In this document: in pieces, positions 10,884 through 21,899 of the stretch
How positions within the stretch are numbered: the stretch's first letter is position 1
Layout of the letters: the number at the start of each line of letters is the position of its first letter
Assembly (NCBI GenBank): GCA_963662435.1
Contig: OY759598.1
Span: forward strand, 496,001 to 560,000
Direction of reading: 5' to 3'
Origin: Dehalococcoidia bacterium
Lineage (GTDB): Bacteria; Chloroflexota; Dehalococcoidia; Lucifugimonadales; VXLM01
Length of the DNA stretch: 64,000 nt
The notes under the pieces: generated by a model
Seen by the model: the letters and a program-made list of their open reading frames with translations, nothing else
Databases searched by the model: none
What the model was told of the DNA's origin: nothing
Translations under genes and position numbers: made by a program

Positions 10884-12059
10884 ATGAAATCCACTGCTGA
10901 CGCGGTAATTATCGGCGGGGGCGCCGTCGGCACCAGCACCCTCTACCACCTGACCAGGCTCGGCATGACAGATGTCGTCCTTGTGGAGAAGGATAACCTC
11001 GCGTCCGGCTCCACAGGGGACTCCGCCGCCATTGTCAGGCAGCACTATTCCAACGAGGTCAGCATCCGCCTCGTCAAGCGCAGCATTGAGATACTCCTGA
11101 GCCTCCCCGAAGAGACCGGTGTCGATGTCTTCACCCAGTCCGGCTGGTGCTTCCTCGTTCCGCCCGAAGCTGAAGACTCCTTTGTCGAGAACATGGGGCA
11201 GTTGCAGCGACTCGGCATCCGCACGTGGGAAATCCCGATCGAGGAGGCCGTCCAAGACCACCTGCCCGGTCTCAATCCCGATGGCATCGGCCGCGTGGCC
11301 TATGAGCCGGACGGGGGATTCGCCGACCCTCTCCTCCTTTGCCAGGGGTTTGCCGACAGCGCTCGCACCGCCGGAGCCGCTGTGTATCCCAACACACCTG
11401 TCACCGGCATCACCACGTCCGGCGACAAGGTCACCGGCGTACGGACGCCGAAGGGGAACATCGCAAGCCCCATCGTCGTCAACGCTGCTGGACCCTGGGC
11501 TGGCCCCATAGGCCGCATGGCCGGTCTCGATCTCCCATTGGAAATCTCCCGTGAACAGGAGATGATGCTCCAGGTCCCCTCAGGAGCATCCGCGCCCCAA
11601 CGCGCCGCCTCCAACATGGTCGAGCGCATATACTTCCGTCCCACCAAGCAGCAGGGGACGGTCCTCATCGGCGTTGGCCACCCCAAGGAGAACGAGCCAG
11701 TCTCACCGGACGATTACGACCGCCGCGCCGATACCGATTTCATCGAGGACGCTGGCAGGAGGCTGGCGCACAGAATGCCGCATCTCGCGGACGCGGAGGT
11801 CATAGCAAGCTGGGCCGGACTCTACACCATCACGCCCGACTGGAGCATGATCGTCGACCGAGCACCCGGAATCGATGGGATGTTCCTCGCCGTCGGCGGC
11901 AGCGGCCATTCCTTCAAGCTCGCCCCCGCCATCGGACAGTGCCTCGCAGAGATGATCGCAACCGGCAACGCCACAACCGTCGACATCACCCCCCTCCGCG
12001 CAACACGATTCACCGAAGGCGACCCCCTCCGCTCGACCTACGGCGGCAACCGGGGATAG
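10884..12059 (+). CDS. FAD-dependent oxidoreductase (DAO/sarcosine oxidase beta-like)
   Basis: 'IIGGGAVG', 'VVNAAGPWA', 'WAGLYTITPD', 'GGSGHSFKLAPAIG'. Confidence 0.88.
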   Translation: MKSTADAVIIGGGAVGTSTLYHLTRLGMTDVVLVEKDNLASGSTGDSAAIVRQHYSNEVSIRLVKRSIEILLSLPEETGVDVFTQSGWCFLVPPEAEDSFVENMGQLQRLGIRTWEIPIEEAVQDHLPGLNPDGIGRVAYEPDGGFADPLLLCQGFADSARTAGAAVYPNTPVTGITTSGDKVTGVRTPKGNIASPIVVNAAGPWAGPIGRMAGLDLPLEISREQEMMLQVPSGASAPQRAASNMVERIYFRPTKQQGTVLIGVGHPKENEPVSPDDYDRRADTDFIEDAGRRLAHRMPHLADAEVIASWAGLYTITPDWSMIVDRAPGIDGMFLAVGGSGHSFKLAPAIGQCLAEMIATGNATTVDITPLRATRFTEGDPLRSTYGGNRG

Positions 12060-12138
12060 GCTACCTCTTGCCTACCCCCTCTCCCGTTGTGGGAGAGGGC
12101 TGGGGTGAGGGTGAATGACCTACCTACACGTTAGCCCC

Positions 12139-13713
12139 TCAGTCCTCGAACTTCTCGTCCTCCCGCAACGCATTCCGATGTGGCAGGTACTCCACGACGA
12201 TTTCCACGTGCTTGATGGACACAGGTTTGATTAGCGTCTCGTCCTTCGTCAGCAGATCGACTCTGAGCCGGTTCGTTCCGACTACAGGGAGCAGCCCCAT
12301 CTTCAAGTCGACGTGCAGCCTGTACCCCGTGCTGTTGTCCGGTCGCGTCCGCAACTGGTACGTCCAGTCCGCCCAGCGGTGCTCACCGATAGGCACCTCG
12401 CAGTCGTTCCAGAAGACCGCCACCTCGTCGGTGTGCATTCGCTGGTCCAGCAGCACGCGCAGTTCGCACCTCCAAAGCTCACCGGCCTCAGCCTTCGCCG
12501 CCACGTCGTCCGATACTTCGATCGTCACTTCTCCGCCAGTCTCTCCCGCGCTGAGATCCACTGGTAATTGGTCTGCCAGTCCGGCGAACTTGCCAGTGGT
12601 GCCTGCCCGTTCGGGCATCGTCAGCCGGTAGGTCTTGTCCATGTGGCTGATGATCTCGGGATATCCCATGAACCGTATGCGCCCGGTCGTCTCGAAATCG
12701 TAGGGGTACCTATTCGGGCCGGGATAGTACGTGTGATACAACACCCCTTGCGCCCCGACGGCATACGCATTGCCTGCCGCGGCGTAGTCGGTCAGACGCG
12801 AGGTTTGTCCCTGGCTGTTGGCATGTCCAGCCAGCACCTTCACGCTCGTGCCCTCCGCCGCCTCCACGATCTCACGCAGCAGTGCCGTGTCATTTTCCCA
12901 GCCGCCGCGCACGGGCATGGCGATCACCGTTTCGACGATCTCCTCCCGTATCCATCGCTCCAGATCGAGGCCAATCGACTTGCTCCCGCCCAGCGTTCCG
13001 GGCATCCTCACAACCAGCCTCTTGGCGATTCCCTGTTGTGCCGATGCGGTGTCACATGCCTGCCGGATATCCCGCATCCATTCGGTAAGCGTGTCGGTGT
13101 GTTCCTCAATCTCGCTCCTCGCAATCAGGGGAGAATAGTCGTCGAAGTTCATCTCCACGCCGTCGCTCGGATAGTCCGTCACGAGCTCGCGGATCACCGC
13201 GAGACGGTCCGCCTGCACCTCCGGGTGTGAGTAGGATAGCCGGGACGGGCTGTCGAACTCCGCCTCCGGATAATCCGGCTCAGGGCCGACCTGCCACTCG
13301 GGATGCTCCGACGTAAAGTCGGCCACGCGACAGTTCGTCACCCGCCCGTGATCCGTATGATTCATATTGAGCAGGATGTGCGGCAGGAACTGGAATCCCC
13401 GCTTCTTGGCGTGCTCGCAGACCAGCCTCAGGGGGTCGGTTCCCGACTCGATCATCTGCTCGGCGTTCATCCCCGCGCGGTACCAGATCTGGTGGTCTGT
13501 CAGGTCGACATTGTGGCCCCAACGCTCTCCCACCTTGGTGTCGTACAACAGCACGCTGCAGTCTCCGACCGCGTACGTGATCGTGTCGATCCCAATATCG
13601 AGCAATTCGTCAATCGGCTCGACGTACTGCCTGGCGCCCATCGGCGGCTCGTAGAGATAGACGCTCGTATGGCGTCCGTCGGTATAGAACATTACCTCGT
13701 GGCTCTCGCTCAT
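12139..13713 (-). CDS. GHL10-like TIM-barrel protein, paralog 1
   Basis: 'FYTDGRH', 'HPEW', 'YSHPEVQADRL', 'DGVEMNF'; similar to the ORFs at 15436 and 16976. Confidence 0.6.
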   Translation of the reverse strand: MSESHEVMFYTDGRHTSVYLYEPPMGARQYVEPIDELLDIGIDTITYAVGDCSVLLYDTKVGERWGHNVDLTDHQIWYRAGMNAEQMIESGTDPLRLVCEHAKKRGFQFLPHILLNMNHTDHGRVTNCRVADFTSEHPEWQVGPEPDYPEAEFDSPSRLSYSHPEVQADRLAVIRELVTDYPSDGVEMNFDDYSPLIARSEIEEHTDTLTEWMRDIRQACDTASAQQGIAKRLVVRMPGTLGGSKSIGLDLERWIREEIVETVIAMPVRGGWENDTALLREIVEAAEGTSVKVLAGHANSQGQTSRLTDYAAAGNAYAVGAQGVLYHTYYPGPNRYPYDFETTGRIRFMGYPEIISHMDKTYRLTMPERAGTTGKFAGLADQLPVDLSAGETGGEVTIEVSDDVAAKAEAGELWRCELRVLLDQRMHTDEVAVFWNDCEVPIGEHRWADWTYQLRTRPDNSTGYRLHVDLKMGLLPVVGTNRLRVDLLTKDETLIKPVSIKHVEIVVEYLPHRNALREDEKFED

Positions 13714-14044
13714 TCCCTATCCTTTCATCCCTTCAGGATTTCGGCTCGTAGCCTATCGCGTTTGCCGGTCATGGTCTACCTCACAGCACGTTTTATTCAA
13801 TTCATGTGACATTGTGGGACATTTCGGGACTTTTCTACGTGTCCTAGGCTGGGCCAAGCGGTCTGCTTGCCAAAGTACAATATAGATTATGTGTTCTCAT
13901 GCCGTCAAATCCGATTCATGCAGGACCAGGGAACAGCGAGGGGACGTGGCGTAGTATTCAAGTTCCGCTTTTGTACACCCCGCTTCACCCCCTCGTGTGG
14001 TAACGTATCGGAACGCGAATTTCCTGCGCTGAGCGGAACTGAGC

Positions 14045-15439
14045 ATGGACTCTCAAAATCCCGCAATTCAACCCGGCATGGAAGCCATGATGGCGCGCGC
14101 CGATGAGGCCGCCGCTGATCCCACACGCCCCGTCTACCACTTCCGCCCCCCGTCGGGATGGATGAACGACGTAAACGGCCCCCTCCTCCACAAAGGCTAC
14201 TACCACATCTTCTTCCAGCTCAATCCATTCCATACCGACGCCCGATACGGCACCCACTGGGCACACGCACGCAGTACCGACCTCGTCCACTGGGAGCACC
14301 TGCCCCTTGCGATCTGGCCCTCGACCGAGGCGGGCGAGACATCCTGCTACTCCGGCACCGCCGCGTTCAACAATGACGGTCAGCCGGTCATCCTCTATAC
14401 CTGCACCAGGAAGTGGGGTCGGGACAGAGTGGTGCCCGAGCCGTTCGAGCAATGGGCCGCCATCGGCGACGACGACCTCATCAACTGGACAAAGTATCCC
14501 GACAACCCTGCCCTGAGCATCGACAAAGAAGGTCGCCCCGACTTCGACTGGCGGTGGCGCGACCCGTTCTTCTTCTTCGAGCAGGGCAGGAGCTTCATGG
14601 TCCTGGGAGCCACCGGCGTAGGCACCCCGATTTGGGAGTCGGAGTCAGGCGATCTTCTCAACTGGACCTACCGGGGAATTGCCTCCGACATAAGCCAGGA
14701 ATGCCCGAACCTCTTCAAGCTCGGTGAAAACTGGGTGATGCTCACGTCACCTTATACCCCGGTCGACTACTACATCGGCGATTTCAATGTCGACACCTAC
14801 CAGTTCACCCACCGCGTGAACGGACGTATCGAGCCCACCAAGACCTTCTACGGCACCAACATCCTCTTCGACGACGATGGTCGCTGCATCCTCCTCGGTC
14901 GCCTGCTTCGGACGATCGAAGTTAAGGCGTGGAACGGCTGCATGGCCATCCCACGTGTCCTCACCATCGCGCCTGACGGTCATCCCCGACAGGCTCCCGT
15001 CGAAACGATCGAGATGCTCCGTGGTGAGCATCATTCTTCCCCCGACACGACGCTCGACCGCCAGTCGAAAGTCCTCGACATTCGTGGCGACGCCCTAGAA
15101 ATCATCCTTGACATCGAACTGGCCGGAGCGACATTCGGCGGCATCCGAGTCCGCCGCTCCGACGATGGCACGGACGGTGTCAGGATCGGCTGCGACGGCG
15201 ACTCGATCTGGGTTGGAGGCATCGAGATGCCCTATCGCCCAGCGTCAGGGCAGGGCGCTATCAAGCTCCGCGTCTTCTTGGACAAGTCAGTCATCGAGGT
15301 CTTCGTAGACGACGGCGCCCGCGTTGCGACAAACTTTATCGACTGCGGCACGAACGATCTCGGCATCGAACTCTTCGCCACGGGCGGGGAGGCCGCCTTC
15401 AGTTCCATCGACATCTGGGAAATGGAGTCCACCTCTTGA
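14045..15439 (+). CDS. GH32 beta-fructofuranosidase-like protein
   Basis: 'WMNDVNG', 'WRDP', 'ECP' catalytic motifs and C-terminal 'DKSVIEVF'. Confidence 0.9.
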   Translation: MDSQNPAIQPGMEAMMARADEAAADPTRPVYHFRPPSGWMNDVNGPLLHKGYYHIFFQLNPFHTDARYGTHWAHARSTDLVHWEHLPLAIWPSTEAGETSCYSGTAAFNNDGQPVILYTCTRKWGRDRVVPEPFEQWAAIGDDDLINWTKYPDNPALSIDKEGRPDFDWRWRDPFFFFEQGRSFMVLGATGVGTPIWESESGDLLNWTYRGIASDISQECPNLFKLGENWVMLTSPYTPVDYYIGDFNVDTYQFTHRVNGRIEPTKTFYGTNILFDDDGRCILLGRLLRTIEVKAWNGCMAIPRVLTIAPDGHPRQAPVETIEMLRGEHHSSPDTTLDRQSKVLDIRGDALEIILDIELAGATFGGIRVRRSDDGTDGVRIGCDGDSIWVGGIEMPYRPASGQGAIKLRVFLDKSVIEVFVDDGARVATNFIDCGTNDLGIELFATGGEAAFSSIDIWEMESTS

Positions 15440-16950
15440 ATCGCGACCCCAAGAAACGCCGCCTCCTCTACTACAACGACTCGCGTCACACGTACATGTA
15501 CTCGTACGACCCGCCCATGACACTTGAAGAGGCGCGGGCTCCCGTCGATGAGGTGGCCGGCACGGCAGTCGGCACCTTCATCTACGGCTCCGGCGCCGGT
15601 CCAGCCGTCATGCACGACTCCAAGGCCGGCGAGGTCTGGGGACGCCGCTTCGAGAAGTTCGACAGCGCATGGTCATGGCGCGCCTACGAAAACGTCAAGA
15701 GCCTCATCGAAGCAGGGTACGACCCCCTCAACATCCTCATCGAGCGCGCACACGAAAAGGGCATGGACTTCTTCGCCAGCCTGCGCCTGAACCACCCGAT
15801 GGATCCCGCCGACGAGGACAACCCCTTCAACTGGCAGTTCCGCATGGACCATCCGGAGTGGTGCATCACCGGCGTGGGCAGGCACTCCTTCAAGTGGGTG
15901 TACCCGGAGGTCCGCGCCGAGCGATTCGCCTACATTGAGGAGTACCTGACCAAGTACGACATCGAGGGGCTTGAGCTGGAGTTCACCTTCTGTCCCTACT
16001 ACTTCGAGAAAGACGAGGCCGAGCGCAACGCCCCAATCATGACCAACTACCTGCGAGACGTCCGTAGGCTTGCGGACGAGACGGCTAAGGCACGAGGCCG
16101 CCCCCTCGAAATCGGGGCGAGAGTCCTCCCCACTCAAGCGGGGAATCTCGCCCAGGGACTCGATGTTGCCGCCTGGATTCAGGACGGCCTACTCGACTTT
16201 GTGGCCCCCACGATCTACGAGGACCACCAGGTCGACGCCAATCTCCCATTCGAGTGGCTCGCCGATCTCGCTGATGGTACGGACTGTCACGTCTATCCTA
16301 CACTCCAGCGCGCCGTTCGAGGCCTCGACATAGCAGACGACCGCATGGAGCCGAATTCCCTCGAAATCCACGCAGGCATCGAGCAGCTTCGCGCCGGAGC
16401 CGCCTCATTCTGGGACCGCGGTGCCGACGGCATCTACATGCTCTTCCTCAAGTGGCCCCACGGCCCCGAGCAGCGAACGATCTTCACGGAGGCGCATGAT
16501 CCCGACATGCTCAGGTCAAAGCCCAAGTCTTACGTCGTCCGCCGCCACGCCGACCTATCGGCGCAGTTCGGCTACCAGTCCCAGCTCAAGGCCACGCTGG
16601 AAGAGGGCGAGGGCCCTCAGACCGTCCGGCTCTACCTGGCAGACGACCCCGAGCACGTCTCGGCAACCCTCCGCCTCCGCCTCATATGGTCGACCACGAT
16701 CGATGCGATGACATTGAAAGTCAACGGTCAACCACTCTCACTTGACGCGGCCCGGCGCACCCAGTTGGACGCCTACCTCGCCGCATGGCTGGAACTCGTA
16801 CTACCCTCGGACACGCTGATCCACGGCTGGAACGAGATATCCCTGTCCCTCGACGCCCGGCCGGCAGGACTCGGCGCTCCCGTGGTCTGGGAGGGCGTCG
16901 AGCTCGTCATCGAACACCCAACGCCTCGTGCGTCCTTTGAGATGCCATGA
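15436..16950 (+). CDS. GHL10-like TIM-barrel protein, paralog 2
   Basis: 'YYNDSRH', 'SLRLN', 'HPEW', 'PEVRAERF', 'EGLELEF', 'GADGIY'. Confidence 0.6.
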   Translation: MNRDPKKRRLLYYNDSRHTYMYSYDPPMTLEEARAPVDEVAGTAVGTFIYGSGAGPAVMHDSKAGEVWGRRFEKFDSAWSWRAYENVKSLIEAGYDPLNILIERAHEKGMDFFASLRLNHPMDPADEDNPFNWQFRMDHPEWCITGVGRHSFKWVYPEVRAERFAYIEEYLTKYDIEGLELEFTFCPYYFEKDEAERNAPIMTNYLRDVRRLADETAKARGRPLEIGARVLPTQAGNLAQGLDVAAWIQDGLLDFVAPTIYEDHQVDANLPFEWLADLADGTDCHVYPTLQRAVRGLDIADDRMEPNSLEIHAGIEQLRAGAASFWDRGADGIYMLFLKWPHGPEQRTIFTEAHDPDMLRSKPKSYVVRRHADLSAQFGYQSQLKATLEEGEGPQTVRLYLADDPEHVSATLRLRLIWSTTIDAMTLKVNGQPLSLDAARRTQLDAYLAAWLELVLPSDTLIHGWNEISLSLDARPAGLGAPVVWEGVELVIEHPTPRASFEMP

Positions 16951-16975
16951 TGCAAAAGCGAATCAGGTAACAATT

Positions 16976-18550
16976 ATGAGCAAACAGCGCCTCATCTTCT
17001 ACAGCGACGCAAGGCATACCCACATCTACGCCTACGACCCGCCCATCAGGGTCGCGGATGCCGTCGCGCCCGTCGACGACGTGGCCGGAACGGGTGTCGA
17101 CACGTTCGTCTACGGCTTCGGCGCCGGACTGACGATGTACCACAACACCGATGTCGGAGAGACGTGGGCCGAGCACCTCATCAAGGCGGGCAAGACCACC
17201 TTCCGCGAGTCGGATATCCACAACACCTTCCCGTTCTGGCGGGCATACTCGAACATAAAGAGCCTCCGCGACCGTGGACTCGACCTCCTCGAACTGCTCA
17301 CCGACCGCGCCCACGAGAAGGGCCTTCAGATGTGGGGCAGCATCCGCACCAACCACGGCCAGGACCCCGCCTTCATCGACACCGCCGACAACTCCACCTT
17401 CAAGATAGACCATCCTGAACTCCACCTAACGACCGCCCCCGGGCACCCCTTCAATTGGGCCTACCCTGAGGTGCGTGCCGAACGTCTAGCCCTCTTCGAG
17501 GAGGCGGTCACGAACTACGACCTCGACGGCATGGAGATTGATTTCGCCTTCAGCCAGTACCTGTTCGAGCAGGGACAGGTCGACGAAAACAGACACCTCG
17601 TCACAGAGTTCATGGCCGATGCTCGACGTATCGTCGACAAAGCCGCCGTCGACAAGGGCAAGCCCTTCGTGCTCGGCGCGAGAGTCTTCCCCACACCTGA
17701 GTCGAACGCAGCGACCGGGCTAGACATTGCCGACTGGCTCGAACACGGTCTCGTGGACTTCCTCGTGCCTGCCGTCTACGGCCCCATGCAGATGGATGTC
17801 AACTTCCCCATCGAGTGGCTCGTCGATTTGACGGACGGTACGAATTGCGAGGTCTATCCGGCGCTCCTCAACAAGGTGTTCTCGGTTCACACGAGCGGTA
17901 TCCACCAGACCAACCGTCGCATCTACGAGCACTCCGCGACGCCGGAGCAATTCCGCGCTGGCGCCGCCGCCTACTGGGCGAAGGGGGCGGACGGCATCTA
18001 CCTGCCGTGGTTCGACTGGCCCGTCGGACCTGACGAAAAACAGGTCCTCTCCGAGATACACGACCCGGACCTCCTCCGCGAGAAGTCCAAGCATTACTGG
18101 TCGCCCACCCAAGACGTTGACGGCGACTACGAGACGTACGCGTCCCAACTCCCGCTTACCCTGGAAACGGGCGTCGAGCCGTCGGAACAGGTGGTTCACC
18201 TATATCTGGCCGACGACAATCCGCGCAGTGAGATTCGCATGCGCCTCAAGCTCACGGGTTCCGTCGCCGCCGATGTGATGTCCGTCACCCTGAATGGCGC
18301 ACCCCTCGATTGGGAGACGTGCCGCGTCACCCGTCACGGCGGAGGAGGCGACATCTTCGCCTGGGCAGACTTCCCCATCGAGCCGGACATGCTCCGTCGC
18401 GGCGCCAACGACATCGGTGTCGCCGTCCTCTCTCGCCCCGAAAACCTCGTCGCAAACGTCGTCCTCCAGAGCGTCGAGGTGCTAGTCGACTACCCCGGAA
18501 ACGCCGCAGCCACCGAATTCGACCGCATATCCCTCGGTCGTCGGCTGTGA
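16976..18550 (+). CDS. GHL10-like TIM-barrel protein, paralog 3
   Basis: 'FYSDARH', 'PEVRAERL', 'DGMEIDF', 'GADGIY'. Confidence 0.6.
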   Translation: MSKQRLIFYSDARHTHIYAYDPPIRVADAVAPVDDVAGTGVDTFVYGFGAGLTMYHNTDVGETWAEHLIKAGKTTFRESDIHNTFPFWRAYSNIKSLRDRGLDLLELLTDRAHEKGLQMWGSIRTNHGQDPAFIDTADNSTFKIDHPELHLTTAPGHPFNWAYPEVRAERLALFEEAVTNYDLDGMEIDFAFSQYLFEQGQVDENRHLVTEFMADARRIVDKAAVDKGKPFVLGARVFPTPESNAATGLDIADWLEHGLVDFLVPAVYGPMQMDVNFPIEWLVDLTDGTNCEVYPALLNKVFSVHTSGIHQTNRRIYEHSATPEQFRAGAAAYWAKGADGIYLPWFDWPVGPDEKQVLSEIHDPDLLREKSKHYWSPTQDVDGDYETYASQLPLTLETGVEPSEQVVHLYLADDNPRSEIRMRLKLTGSVAADVMSVTLNGAPLDWETCRVTRHGGGGDIFAWADFPIEPDMLRRGANDIGVAVLSRPENLVANVVLQSVEVLVDYPGNAAATEFDRISLGRRL

Positions 18551-18896
18551 TTTGACATCCACCTGGGCTTTTCATCAATGCCTACGTATGTCGTTTTCTG
18601 TTCCATATGTTCTACCTCCTGTATAGAGTGCTGGCCCGTCCTTGCACGATGCGGGCTCGGTTGGCCCAGGCAACTATTCGGGCTCTACCCGTGGGGGGGT
18701 GCGGCGACCCTGGCTCGCTTACGGTTTTTGATGACCTGGGAATCAACGGTCTGCCACACCCCATTCACCCTTACCGGAGTCATTGTCCCATGACAAAACC
18801 AAGATACAAGGAATCATGCCGATAATTCACAACGCTGTCCTTCCCCACATCCTGTGGTAAGGTAGGCTCGCAAGCTCCATCGAGAAGGGAAGGCGA

Positions 18897-20234
18897 ATGG
18901 ACCTCCAACAGACCAAGGCTGCCGTGCTGGCCGAAATCGACCGCCGGGCCGGTGAGGCAATCGACCTTGCCAAGCATATCCTCAGCGCCCCGGAACCCGG
19001 ATTCCGTGAAAAAAACACATCACGTTTCGTGGGGCAGAGGCTCTCGGAGATGGGCATTCCATTCGAAGACGGCCTCGCCCTGACTGGAATCAAAGGCGTC
19101 CTATCCGGTGGCAGGTCCGGCCCCACAGTCGGCGTGTTCGGCGAGCTCGACTCCCTCATTGTTCCGGGCCATCCCTTCGCAAATCCTGAGACCCACGCCG
19201 CCCACGCCTGTGGTCACCATACACAGATCGGCTCGTTGCTAACCGTCGCCATGGGCCTCCAGGCCGCTGGCGTACTGGATAGCCTGGCGGGGCGTGTGGC
19301 TCTGCTGGTCGTTCCGGCGGAGGAATTCATCGAGATCGAGTACCGCGATGATCTCCGGAGTCAGAACAAGCTGGAGTTCCTCGGCGGCAAGTCCGAGTTC
19401 GTCACGCTCGGCGTCATGGATGACGTGGATATCGCCATGATGACCCACACCGAGAACCAGGACTGGCTCTATACGCCGGGCTCCCAGATCGGCGTCGGCG
19501 CCAACAACAACGGCATGATCGCCAAGCGCATTGGCTTCAATGGCGTCGCGTCCCACGCCGGCGGCTCGCCGCATCTCGGTGTGAACGCCCTCAATGCCGC
19601 CAACATTGCCCTCATGGCCATCCACGCCCAGCGCGAGACCTTCCGCGACGACGAGAGCATTCGCATCCATCCGATAATCACCAGGGGGGGCACCGTCGTG
19701 AGCTCCGTCCCAGCCGACGTTCGGATGGAGACCTTCGTCCGAGGTTCGACCATCGAGGCCTATATGGCTGCCGGGAAGAAGGTTGACCGAGCCCTCCGGG
19801 CGGGTGCCATGGCGGTTGGCGCAAGCGTCGACATATCGACCATTCCCGGATACACGCCGCTCGCGCAGGACGAAACCCTCACGGAGCTGTACGTCTCGAA
19901 CGCGTCGGAGCTCGTCGGCGCCGACAAGATAGCGCGAATGGGACACCGCTCCGGCTCGACTGACATGGGCGACATTTCGCAAATCATGCCTGCAATCCAT
20001 CCCTACGTCGCCGCTGCGACCGGCAAGGCGCACGGCAACGATTATGTCGTGCAGGACTATGAACTCGCCGTCACGACCGCAGGCAAGGCGATGGCCATGA
20101 CCATCGTCGATCTGCTCTTCGACGACGCGCAGAGGGCGAACGCCATCGTCCGCGACTTCCAGGGCGGCATGTCACGCAGCACTTACCTCTCCTGGCTTCG
20201 GGACATCTACTCCGAAGAGACCTACACCGAGTGA
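18897..20234 (+). CDS. M20 family amidohydrolase (AbgB-like)
   Basis: 'PEPGFRE', 'GELD', 'HACGH', 'PAEE', 'GSTDMGD'. Confidence 0.88.
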   Translation: MDLQQTKAAVLAEIDRRAGEAIDLAKHILSAPEPGFREKNTSRFVGQRLSEMGIPFEDGLALTGIKGVLSGGRSGPTVGVFGELDSLIVPGHPFANPETHAAHACGHHTQIGSLLTVAMGLQAAGVLDSLAGRVALLVVPAEEFIEIEYRDDLRSQNKLEFLGGKSEFVTLGVMDDVDIAMMTHTENQDWLYTPGSQIGVGANNNGMIAKRIGFNGVASHAGGSPHLGVNALNAANIALMAIHAQRETFRDDESIRIHPIITRGGTVVSSVPADVRMETFVRGSTIEAYMAAGKKVDRALRAGAMAVGASVDISTIPGYTPLAQDETLTELYVSNASELVGADKIARMGHRSGSTDMGDISQIMPAIHPYVAAATGKAHGNDYVVQDYELAVTTAGKAMAMTIVDLLFDDAQRANAIVRDFQGGMSRSTYLSWLRDIYSEETYTE

Positions 20235-21571
20235 CCGGCCCCGATTCCCTCAAGGCCGCTGCCCAGGTCGCCATAGACCGGCGGCGTGACTGGATTGTCG
20301 ATATCGCCGAGCGGGCCCTCCGCACTCCCGAACTGGGCTTCCGCGAGTTCGAGACTTCACGCCTCGTGAGCGAGAAGTTCACTGAACTCGGCCTCGAACA
20401 CACGAAGGGTGTCGCAATTACCGGCGTGACCTCCCGCCTCCATGGCGGCAACAACGGTCCGACCGTAGCCGTGCTCGGCGAGCTTGACGCGCTTCCCTTG
20501 CCCGGCCACACGTTCGCCGACCCCATGACCGGAGCCGCCCACGCCTGTGGCCACAATTCCCAGCTTGCCATCATGATCGGCGTCGCCATAGGCCTCGCAC
20601 TTCCCGAAGTGCAGCGTGCCCTCTGTGGCGACGTGCAGTTCATGGCCGTTCCGGCCGAGGAGTTTGTCGACGTTGAGTATCGCCTGAAACTGCGGGAAGA
20701 GGGGGAAATCGAGCTCCTCTCGGGAAAGCAGGAGTTCATCAGGCTGGGAGCTTTCGACGACGTGGACATGGCCATGATGGCTCACACGTCGGCAAGTGCC
20801 GAGGACGCCAAGTTCTCGCTCGGAGGCACCACGAACGCTCACGTCGGCAAGTACGTCAGGTTCCTTGGGAAGTCCGCCCACGCGGGGACCTCGCCCCACC
20901 GGGGCGTCAACGCCCTCCAGGCCGCGCTCGTCGCCCTCCATGCAGTGAACACCCAGCGGGAAACGTTCCAGGACCCCGATGTCGTACGCCTGCACGGGAT
21001 CATCGCCCACGGTGGCGAGGCGGCGAACGCGACACCGGCGGAAGTGCGGTACGAGGGACGTGTTCGCGGTCGCACGATCGATGTCGTCGACGATGCCGCG
21101 GCAAAGATGGACCGCTGCCTGAGGGCCGGAGCTCTCGCCCTTGGAGCCTCTGTGGAGATAGCCACCATTCCCGGATATCTCCCGCTCTTGAACGATCCCG
21201 CCCTCTCCAATGTCTTCCGAGAAAACGCCCAGCGCCTCGTCGGAGCGTCCTCATTCCAGAGCCAGTCAGACTACCGGCCCCGGGGCGGATCAACCGACAT
21301 GGGCGACCTCAGCCAGATCATGCCGGTCATCCATCCCTACACTGGAGGCTGCGCCGGTACCGGACACGGAGACGACTATCGCGTCGTCGACTACGATCAG
21401 GCCGTCATCAGACCCGCCAAAGCCATCGCCATGACCACCATCGACCTCCTGACCAACGACTCCGCCAAAGCCAGGCACGTCATCAGCAACGCCAACCCCC
21501 CTATGACCAAGGAGACCTACCTCGATCTCCAGCACTCTCGAACGTCCGTGGAGACGTATCGTGGGTCTTAA
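20231..21571 (+). CDS. M20 family amidohydrolase, tandem paralog
   Basis: Same motifs; 4-nt GTGA overlap with the previous gene. Confidence 0.88.
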   Translation: MTGPDSLKAAAQVAIDRRRDWIVDIAERALRTPELGFREFETSRLVSEKFTELGLEHTKGVAITGVTSRLHGGNNGPTVAVLGELDALPLPGHTFADPMTGAAHACGHNSQLAIMIGVAIGLALPEVQRALCGDVQFMAVPAEEFVDVEYRLKLREEGEIELLSGKQEFIRLGAFDDVDMAMMAHTSASAEDAKFSLGGTTNAHVGKYVRFLGKSAHAGTSPHRGVNALQAALVALHAVNTQRETFQDPDVVRLHGIIAHGGEAANATPAEVRYEGRVRGRTIDVVDDAAAKMDRCLRAGALALGASVEIATIPGYLPLLNDPALSNVFRENAQRLVGASSFQSQSDYRPRGGSTDMGDLSQIMPVIHPYTGGCAGTGHGDDYRVVDYDQAVIRPAKAIAMTTIDLLTNDSAKARHVISNANPPMTKETYLDLQHSRTSVETYRGS

Positions 21572-21899
21572 GAATGGTTCGAAGAGTTTAGTCGAGAAAC
21601 TAACCTGGTTGTTGTTAAGTATCATCACCCCGTTCGCGGGAGAGGGTTGGGGTGAGGGTGGTACTCTCAAGAACGCCGACCACCTTCCTCCCTCGTCCAG
21701 ACTTGACCAATAAGAACACATGTGCCACACTAAGGATGTGCGGCCATCCGACGAGGGATCCCAATCGTGTTCCAGTGAGGGGGCGACGAAAAGAGAAGAA
21801 AACGGCGTTTACTCTCGTCTTTTCGAACTTAGACCGCATTGAGACTGGGCTACCATCTATGCTTGTATGGACTACTCAATACGACTGAATGTAAGTCCC

